This document shows positions 37,301 to 38,759 of a stretch of DNA of 38,759 bases, piece by piece. Both the position numbers and the translations under genes were made by a program. The notes beneath the pieces are model-generated. The model was not told the DNA's origin, did not search any database, and was given only the letters and a program-made list of their open reading frames with translations. Positions within the stretch are counted from its first letter, which is position 1, and every line of letters starts with the position of its first letter. This DNA comes from an uncultured Loktanella sp. (GTDB lineage: Bacteria; Pseudomonadota; Alphaproteobacteria; Rhodobacterales; Rhodobacteraceae). Location of the stretch: positions 1 through 38,759 of the forward strand of contig CAZOMZ010000001.1 of assembly GCA_964581065.1 (NCBI GenBank). The letters run 5' to 3'.

Positions 37301-38759
37301 GTGCCGCCTGTGCCTGCAATGGCCGAGCCGTCAATCAGCGATGCCCCAATGGCGTTGCGTGCGACGGCGGCGCCAATCGCCACACCGACACCGACTGCGC
37401 CGACGGCAACCGACAACGATGCCGAGAGGACTGCCGCGTTGATGACAGACTGGCTGTCTGCCAGAACCTTGATATTGCCCGCGTTTGTGGTGACCGTCGC
37501 GCCGGTGATACCGGCATCGACATTTGTCAGGACACCGTTCATGCCGAATGCGCCAGCAGCAGAAATCGCAATCGCCTTTGCGCCAAAGCTGGCGCCGACC
37601 GACACGGCAGTTGAGATCGCGTTGATGGTCACGCGCTGCGACTTGAAGGTCGATCCGTCACGGGTCACGTTCCAGACGTTGCCGCTCTCATCGGCGGCGA
37701 CCCAGCGTTGGCCGTCCTCGATGATGGCGATCCGGAGGTCGCCAGTGACCAGCGCGCTCCCGATGGCGGATTTGAGTGCTGCAAGGACAATGTTGTCCGC
37801 TTGTACGTCTGCCGTGACCGGGATCTGAACCTCGACCTCTTCGTTGTTGATGGTCTGGGTTTCGGTGGTTTGTTCGGTGCCTGCAGCATCGTCGAGCTTT
37901 GCCGCAATCTCGTCAGCGCTGGTGCCCTGCGAAGAAAGATCAATCGTTCCTTCGGGGTTCTGTGTGCCGGATCCGGCACGGACGACAATGTTGTCACCCA
38001 CGGTAGAGGATGTCGCCGTTACATCGGCGCCGGTACCGATCTTTGCAGTCACAGCGTTTTCGACCTGATTGAGCGCTACAGAGACACCCAATGCGACTGC
38101 CACACCGACTTTGCCACCTGAAACAGACAAGGCGCCCGCGAGGCTGGCTGCGTTGATCGTGCTTTCGTCATCGGCCCGCACTTCGACAGTGGCAGCGGAA
38201 ACGCCACTTGCCAGCTTGCCGGTAATCTCGGCCGTCGGGGCCGTTGCGATGCGGTTCAGGACTGCAGCGCCTGATCCGGAGACACCTACAGCTGTGCCAC
38301 CAAGGGCAACGGCGGCAGCGACAGACAGGGCCGCCGCGTTGATCTTTTGATCACTTTGCGCGCCGACAGTCAGCGCACCGCCCGTGGTGATGTCGCTGCC
38401 AGTGACCGCGGCGCGGATCTGCACCGCCTCTTTGGCGAGGTTGACTTCTTTCCACTGTTCCGGGTCGTTGAAGTCGACGCCGATCAGAGGAATCTGATCG
38501 GTGTTGTCCAGTTCACCGTCTTCATTGGTGTCGACGTTTGGTTGCAGGGCAGCATTGCCCAGATACTCGAATGTACGGCCATCATGGATTCCGCCATTTA
38601 CCTTGACAGTCTGGCCCTTTGTCAGGACCCCGGCGTTGATGATTTCGTCTGAGGTATAGTTGGCCGACTCCGTCCCGTAGGTGTAGCCGATCTGGTTGCT
38701 GACGAAGGCCGCACCGACGGCGACGCCGACAGCAGTCTTACCCGCCGCAATAGCAACAG
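16312..38759 (-). CDS. Giant secreted RTX/filamentous adhesin-like protein (more than 7,480 aa, 5' end outside the window)
   Basis: 7370-aa ORF. I translated 38425-38757 in the same frame and found no stop (VAIAAGKTAVGVAVGAAFVSNQIGYTYG...KEAVQI). It contains Ala/Gly/Val-rich coils, FHA-like beta-helix, Calx-beta/cadherin-like domains and dozens of GGxGxD RTX repeats. Confidence 0.93.
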   Translation of the reverse strand, partial: VAIAAGKTAVGVAVGAAFVSNQIGYTYGTESANYTSDEIINAGVLTKGQTVKVNGGIHDGRTFEYLGNAALQPNVDTNEDGELDNTDQIPLIGVDFNDPEQWKEVNLAKEAVQIRAAVTGSDITTGGALTVGAQSDQKINAAALSVAAAVALGGTAVGVSGSGAAVLNRIATAPTAEITGKLASGVSAATVEVRADDESTINAASLAGALSVSGGKVGVAVALGVSVALNQVENAVTAKIGTGADVTATSSTVGDNIVVRAGSGTQNPEGTIDLSSQGTSADEIAAKLDDAAGTEQTTETQTINNEEVEVQIPVTADVQADNIVLAALKSAIGSALVTGDLRIAIIEDGQRWVAADESGNVWNVTRDGSTFKSQRVTINAISTAVSVGASFGAKAIAISAAGAFGMNGVLTNVDAGITGATVTTNAGNIKVLADSQSVINAAVLSASLSVAVGAVGVGVAIGAAVARNAIGASLIDGSAIAGTGGTYATITDSAINAADDVIVRATSDNSINSLVFAGGVAIAAGKIGVAVSGSGVYVENSIASTTSARIIGDVDDTTVAAVRGDNVEVTALNTSQINAVAATVSVAAALGKVGVAVSMGATVARNEIDGLTQAQILNSSQGGVQARSGDVTVQATDTSNIRAVSAAASLAVAGGLVSVGVALAGALAFNRIGAGVSATIDGSLVTATQGNVSVLATSDGRIDAINAASALSLAVGGVGVGVGVGASFVSNMIGYTYGNQWMPRTTDDTVDSGELTNGDTVRVLEGINAGRAFRYIGESGLTPNIDTNEDGDITTADRVPLKSVDFNNPELWEEIDLQKNAAAITAAVSGSDITTSGLLKVDAQSDQKINAASLSVAAALAVGGVAFGISASGSGVSNRIATNPNASISGKLSTGVSAGTVIVQADDESSINATSLAGALSFAAGSVGSAVSIGVSLAFNQVENAVTAKIDNNASVVATSAVAGDSILVRAGAGTQNAEKTLDLTSIGSSLATSIALDDAAGTEMTTQTNDDDKEVEVAVTQDVNDDNDTLSKLATALSAHYDVEGPLRISVIEDGSRWVVVDAAGTTWNIARNTSNAFVAERVTISALSGAMSIAASVGTGAYSVAGAGAFGQNVILSNVEAKIDGATVTANTGAIKVLADSQSVINSAVLSTALAVGVGGGGFGLALGVSVAQNYIGATPSNATNTANYGQTKATITNSNVTTGTALDVKATSDNVINSLVFAGAAAISAGGSAGSYGGSGVFAENFIFGGSSATITLGNSNVTAGTVTVEAMDTSSIEAIAAAVSLTLSFGGLIGASVSLAASVAANTISRTITANVNEVSTASTGSLIATAGNVSVDAKDEASIRVISAAASISLSGGFGGNGAVSGAGALAYNNITNRVVSEVVGATIVANSATTLVPSGNMVSATTAPGSQIFDESGALKSAYAGAYTIARDPVTGNPITRPVIDAESGAVVGQELAYMLVTGPTTAGDPAYTASTAADAQALKEYKYTSTQVTRYLDTSTGLVVQTPNANTVEDVYTVITFEDPTTDNAGLPSVFLIDPATTGTTQPVTVIQVPELVAGTPTPQDINVRATSNANIDASIISATVSLGVGAVAGVGVSVGTSYAKNVIGSETSSNDGVFARVSGASLTASNNIIVSANMMSRIDAFVGSFSVALAGGFVGVAGAGAGAFAVNSTSYSVMTEVDNASLNAGGSVSVQARDDATIDATVASAAVAVAAGVTAYAGAVAVSTAQNSVDNTISATVNRSDVTAGNLTITASDDTEVDVEARAAAVSAAIGVGGALSGGGALAEINSTSTVLAAISGTGNADRINVAGTVKVEATNRADLDAEVQVLSVAAGAFGLAASGSVARINTRADANQNSVTANVGGVDLDANRLEVNAQSLIKTVANVEGVTVASTAAVGVSDATINTGARVGMQIGSNTGSITVGTLVAEAGSDANPAGGYLANATAKASGGGLLLGSNSTSVTVSNTDVVAATVGNGATITAGSFTMNAFSNVRQVGFSKAASVGLIGVGAAVANATSNTNVSALIGVGTDVTADTMTVSAAGFSDNDARTETGAYGLASGAAAAPRTSTTAVIRAGMADGTSTTNRGELDVAGLLRVTASQLSKVDTSVVTESYGAIAGAGAAANNTINSTVDVEFGRFAKAEAGEMDIKANNKLIRPNSSTNDIEGETGGIASGASATSDTRAQMNTTITFDADTDIDTTDPQGDLAARAFNEIAYSDKIRLETAGALSGAGAYVTFNERENGVSVPITANIIVGERADIEAKGELDFEASGKFNVYIQSYSETYGAATVALGSAHIDIQPRNTIHIKAGADLLSHRDMFLSAGTDRDLTIEDSSLEARVDNFAGSAIPIDDLETQAIYIVRNLIKVDAPTSTADPTLIESFLNIDLNADELGLASVIGMAKGTNWTTAVTDGINSLTGGTDNSTGPGEGLSDARSQIINDGLIKTGARRELELLIGETTDQNGNLILTLTGTVDPDYVAPTNYTPTFFDVDPNQFLIRVDALSREVPSSGQIQLNDAANQLLKYGVKNADGSWNLNNDFTRSYVERIERIQEQMIASGEGYRDSAGTFITSARTERVIVVDDIVAAAGRIRILTDQLSGSGTFDAPKDVTVNIVSDSTASMEFGEIYIPERNGGVDFNGVTVTSNEDIAAVRAAILAENQVSVAKDNRPLDVVPSLRFLGYVTTDSPNNLNFTSETVGTSAGSAPSIILQVTKNVRAASSLNGVALPTGDQIVTFAGEVFAPTADLQIFGPQGQNEVSVVIQANVTVAELTILVGGTIAIDVKGDIHTNGDPYGKFLNSGLIGDGTANADVLDPLLPNASIAGLSGPQGGSTSTYVNDTTGQEISTGLIANTILLRGGFVNVNGLIQAGKSDFDLTLDNTIRNKLLSISGEAVVDLGNPDFFGIYNRSLNQLTIKAMSPKGGLIDIEGRIVATSQGKLRSHAGYPHITINNLMQTNGIAGLEGIDIVLESMDVSQKGEGTIILKDKTRGVRNDGSDLALYWTRYVTDAEGQTTITNGLIDDVFWNPDGYSGVDPRDSAETLNIAAWSAADKAKYAPRNDVTVDALHSSSIGSNPSGLSGDSIVTKFGYETTSGYRYGWVVGQGTRTEIIQEKTYNSLWGIDFLIADVERMPVVDTTVLSTQLLPNSNYFYYDANPATATLDYTYNSVVVAFDPGTPERTAYNTTTTWYGKSSTFVQFTTIQNTTTNYYHTINANQIIDIEFTGNREGAFTLNAGQANIIVGGAITNQDTVSTADGPVTVMGGNTTLTSEGTITTSRVGADGLSPVVGGRNITITGLAGVGLRDYGIISPETALPYTPGDSRALNPVQLKQAAGGLVNVTSNGDILIQQKTGDLFLGQVVSNNDGLVEILTGDRGEGVIGANGGSILNGAGTNGLIKGGSIRLDADGAIGAINLNAANMAADTSGIRIDTGTGINDVVTALAANDISLMQNTGDLRVFKIKSTSGDVLVRLEGAENDLLDGNQIQEADTRSRDALLNGVWADMQLLGDADNKDGYGIASGPAGDKAREAITRLNAARVDDYRTYWDWRNLYAEDAAGLAALRAGTALISLGDEEALRTSIITQLMAADSSLVETDAGILSEAVTKALAEQALPIDATLLKAAIAAEMLVANAALTQAEADALADVGYEAYTQVSTLKTTRTAQFLEQDARYGSETAENEAEALDLMIHADPTGYLDLTTQAEKDDLIGRIKVWTEDELLSALGSGLLKPVVDTTINIEDPNLEGARVDLIVGGKVGRTEGDVTILLREGQPLSIDEQLTIAAAERSDIFFLVSEIETVGVTFSITNNSMTRTAGSWIDDEAPDQPQFRVGQTIQVQGNTANATENEQYYVIESFSADGRTMFFEQSGTTFAKSVLNVTQNEWVPVTVNVSAIVNDPRGASVPVIANISGNTISRTGGEYNFLGTNLLGGSDIQGFEVGDLILLSTTRAYTPQETLDQRPTANVNDAETLYRIAAVTADSITLVERDKVNDLDVPVSLTAETGRTITLDEFVVLSGVQVQLREDFDIEASANLNIQSVGETFVGTENQIKLGVINVQAASVDEEGQLRLKSGNGIISNVDASLTNITADSVILEGGQGSIGRLAGDTVSENRIYMELSDGSILTARTQGEIVLAERTGDFLVGTIYSASSDVDVKALAGSILDGLNNNLVNIEADNIILTATGSIGASDNDLEVEARDSDDGQLILNAGANIYVVEDGDMVINDVTSTGGAGTFVRLTSEANMFDAGVNASNIFDSAVEGYNIELIARAGLIGALSQNMRIDTNGGVLNASAQLGNIRIIEVDGETDPDDDLIIYQIGTGADFTAFITSIAGRILNGAPVGTSNITGGRAFLTANKDIGERNKRIYTNIGSLQGISTTGSAFLFNDGAIRAETEDNSAVSFSVASDFFLTATSPIDVKENIVSTNGNINIVANESVYADQAAYDAAVLEVENDYYGPRTTPAEIEAADAAKAAALAAFPQNVDDYNNNYDTVTVHAGVSVTATAGNVNIWAGDHVVIEDTALINASNDVNVYTDVATLSAVGDPVITNDPTRYDDDGGDVTIAGSVTAGRNVMIDTDAGLVAHPEGVDERDVITVTGSITAGQRIDIKTGEGSDTINLTDLELQAPVMLIDTGAGDDFIQIYENRAVTGELTLFGNTGSDRIEVVRLASHANGDKLIIDGGDNADDLMIQTWGSITAGADYRIEIASATETSPANGVDTLEVLGTTENDVFLSRANFVALLHGTEDQIIGLEAGRPVTVERIDYDRSLNGRLSLIGLAGNDVFISDDNATIMTMDGGLGDDRFQFGQIFGSQPVFGGQYDDGNGLVSNGIAQGDSIATLLTTRGYLSNGISYATTAVGGEGNDQFTVYANRGELRLEGEDGNDNFIVRAFLLDTEVLGDPGQGNVKLLAGAGDDSIQYNINAPVDIDGGAGFDTVTVLGTEGDDVFVVTEDGVFGAGLNIRISNTEEAIEVDGLEGDDTFYVQSTASGTVTNIIGGLGSDTFNISGDVNDQVYAADLQGRSAGVTHRADSDDTDYVTTLLGGLTPTVADAEQGAVVIKPTGAGTLVDENGLVDSYTVEMASDTIPSPDTVVFVTISAGIASRQDRRLDVPAMDENATLTLTGNTITRDGGSWITDGFGDWQGITLTGAGDNSGHYEIVSVSEDGRTLTVDRTFASDVYSPTGVVDGAMVTGREASTIEMRTGSGEFTDGIVLRFDSSNWGDAQTVDLRAIDDAAQEGARIVLVSHAVDSNNTAIDGAKVANLIVNVDDNDLPAVKLTESGADTFVLEGGSYTYDNPDYVEGVNPPEEATITVDTAMTDTYDVVLTRQPAELETVTVTLSDDSNSSDLLYFVDGTQVTSLTFDSTTWNQPVTVTVVAVADSTVENEERVIVTHSVTSSTGEVYADAEAAELRVTVADGDSAGLVVRETDGTTLIVDAPGEVDSYTIRLTAAPTAPVTINIIDDGQTRAVPDGDRVQEVVLINAVAIPLTFISNPDGPDTIVRTDGLSFRDQGFISGTVMDITGTANNNAPYAIGEISEDGSTITLSAGQPVVAEENVNATISVIVAQVTFDETNWFEEVTVTLEADQAFTPTALDRVTKTFDNGAHRTGEIRGPLIIDGGPTTGRELQAAIMLATESDPGPFEVTVATDELVQNDRVNIFNDDSKIADSGRMYNTADGRTQIDGLGMGTGIVTIPQGDGLPDLEFNKGISISTVEIIEVMLGREDDTFTIDGTNISSDYNNPADGVVNLPITLIHGGGGADTITVNELSIGQNGERTILALYGDTDADGRRYNYEGGASNGNAFNFNAVGAPEDHGDTIDASGAGLGADDLGVVIYGGIGNDNITGSGGRDHIAGGGGDDTIDALGGDDIIYGDNGFSIDLVTRGLVEVSFVNDMPQYLSADTRAGGRDEITGGAGRDIILGDHGLVWQVPGTLRITSTGDYARVESTDFGAGDADRIFGNGGSDIVIGGAGADYINLGSGDNIGIGDNGLVDWTMSDRDNSSIDLIRTLAPSIGSGDEIYAQDGNDVALGGAGVDTINLGDGTNVIIGDHGLITGYGSGAGMGDLELTLKTIVSTDASLGDADDITAGTDTDYIVGGVGGDTIAAVNGSTGPDVIFGDHAQIAFRVAVDGDVVPVVLAARSLFTSFGGDDVITTGSAGDIVVGGDGSDTISGTGGNDIIFGDNGYLSGFADAPVGSALISLALVQSMAATIGTRDEINIGTGAAIILGGAGDDEINTTVGGGLDAADILFGDHGRATFDRPVETTPQPIALRIESTDTGIGGADTITSGNGADIVIGGFGSDTLTGGNGDNIVFGDNGRLIGTSDEALADNGLPISLASLATIDAAIGDADIINTGLGADIILGGAGGDDIKANAGDGPAVFDKSNILLGDHGEMQFHNPVSGTNFPSLVRSIDLLEGGSDTIQSGAGNDLIIGGTAGDLIYALGGQDVIAGDHLEVTGTIDLSTLPLDNLTDEAITATSIGITGADAGGDDTIFGGAGDDFIMGQQGADTIFGGAGDDDIIGGHNVAGGADAGDALDGGAGDDVVLGDNGAILRTHNLIDTRMRVLSGTQIYGTNVHADQGDVNDGQLLVTDQAQINVDGTTQRAITLFDHEVGASASIYGDDHIAGGSEDDMIFGQLGDDVIQGDGTIDFNQDGIADAFQGAAVGAYRDAEGLLVINASMEDYNGVGRDGDDYIEGNGGADTVFGNLGRDDIIGGSSEHYGLTTREMRFDGKDMLFGGAGTDVSRNELGDDSAEAYGRDNDVIAGDNANIYRLVGINGVSSGAYLQFAYDIYGDVKIVPRGVDLLDYTEGGVDIDPVAAATDQGAADEVHGEGGDDTIYGQLGDDVLFGDAQSDDIIGGTGNDWISGGTGVDGVIGDDGRIMTSRNSTEFGESLFGIDALDAVDVLLIADDQDALRTIVDRDGLLVKSVNLTPFSTNPDNPNDQYWNATDASDIIFGGWGSDFLHGGVGSDAISGAEALPLEANPQDHLGNIISFDTPFNPGTTAAVNETEFAGVESPAVHLVFLPLLDQSLPRGAITFNAANEVTFEEGNNPFFLNFDHTEGQLDARSENGYVSDGDDRIFGSIGNDILFGGTGRDSIYGGYGNDLINGDDDLTSVGIDDPATLDVDESLIAGLNNVPDEDISYEDFIFGGAGRDFMIANTSGDRLVDWNGDFNEYFVPYRNAGAPTVIDTYALTLETFILRVAAADGVDRTRAADVDPVLVLNGIPVSVAGEPYGELGLVNNDINNPVNLDEFRKQAGPGILSGRGTVDDGVILSPDPIPVGDRLANSPLDDYGYVPTLAGVTGLYAGDETTINVPITADTGADRPTKDIISSFPTDTVGITVGQNGFAEINGMTLNGPALTYVYDDDTGEFSQVNAPTPQDTGTAKTVLQLFDSDGELFAYVDEFGGVWIIDDIEDNPNGQSDRVTDPVEEADEIEDDWLLEATVASNGVAAVAMPFRSTRDENQ
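17230..21470 (-). repeat. C-terminal RTX (GGxGxDxUx) calcium-binding repeat region
   Basis: Many repeats, e.g. GGIGNDNITGSGGRDHIAGGGGDDTI, GGAGDDFIMGQQGADTIFGGAGDDDIIGG and GGTGRDSIYGGYGNDLINGD, with recurring GDNG/GDHG turns. Confidence 0.9.
21970..23570 (-). repeat. Three Calx-beta/cadherin-like beta-sandwich repeats
   Basis: Recurring pattern V..E.G..T.V.E....DSY.V.L...P...VTV...LTFD..NW...TV...A.D, seen as RFDSSNWGDAQTV, TFDSTTWNQPVTV and TFDETNWFEEVTV. Confidence 0.7.
23700..24910 (-). repeat. Internal RTX-like repeat block
   Basis: TGEGSDTI, TGAGDDFI, GGLGDDRF, GGEGNDQF, AGAGDDSI, GGAGFDTV and GGLGSDTF. Confidence 0.8.
34560..38759 (-). repeat. Diverged tandem macro-repeat with a period of about 2130 nt (710 aa) in the giant gene
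   Basis: GTGTAGCCGATC occurs at 38681 and 36551, and GATCTTyTGATCrCTTTGCG at 38341 and 36211 (both 2130 nt apart). Paired peptides: AQSDQKINAA, ADDES.INA.SLAGALS, IEDG.RWV and KVLADSQSVIN.AVLS. Confidence 0.88.

Noticed and set aside
38422-38424. GTG at 38424 as the start of the giant protein
   Set aside because: The frame stays open to the window end and continues the 710-aa repeat, so the true start lies outside the window.
16312-38759. MARTX or pore-forming RTX toxin call
   Set aside because: I recognised no cysteine protease, effector domain or acyltransferase (hlyC) gene. The visible architecture is adhesin-like, although the N-terminus is unseen.
1-38759. tRNA/rRNA genes, transposases, integrases
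   Set aside because: The window is almost entirely protein-coding, and no such motifs or terminal inverted repeats were recognised.

Overview
Gene-dense, GC-rich (roughly 60% by eye) bacterial window. Gene content and order suggest an alphaproteobacterium, probably Rhodobacteraceae (inference). Two convergent operons meet with overlapping stop codons at 6415-6418. The + strand (1-6418) is a surface-polysaccharide block: GT61/DUF563-like glycosyltransferase, alpha/beta-hydrolase, GT2-like glycosyltransferase, then the dTDP-L-rhamnose genes rfbC-rfbB-rfbD-rfbA. The - strand (window end to 6415) is one tightly coupled operon. It starts with a giant secreted RTX/adhesin-like protein of more than 7,480 aa whose frame is open past the window edge. 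Next come a DUF3467-like protein, a GAF-domain membrane fusion protein (MFP), a PqqD/RRE-like + M50 metallopeptidase + MFP fusion, a C-terminally truncated secondary SecA ATPase and a third MFP. It ends with two unknown proteins, each with a five-beta-hairpin pattern like ABBA/PT-barrel prenyltransferases, and a radical SAM enzyme. No ABC transporter or TolC is in the window. The best candidate for an undescribed system is a SecA-powered, type-I-like export machine for a giant protein, coupled to RiPP-style recognition, cleavage and modification enzymes. All family calls come from reading motifs by eye, not from database searches.
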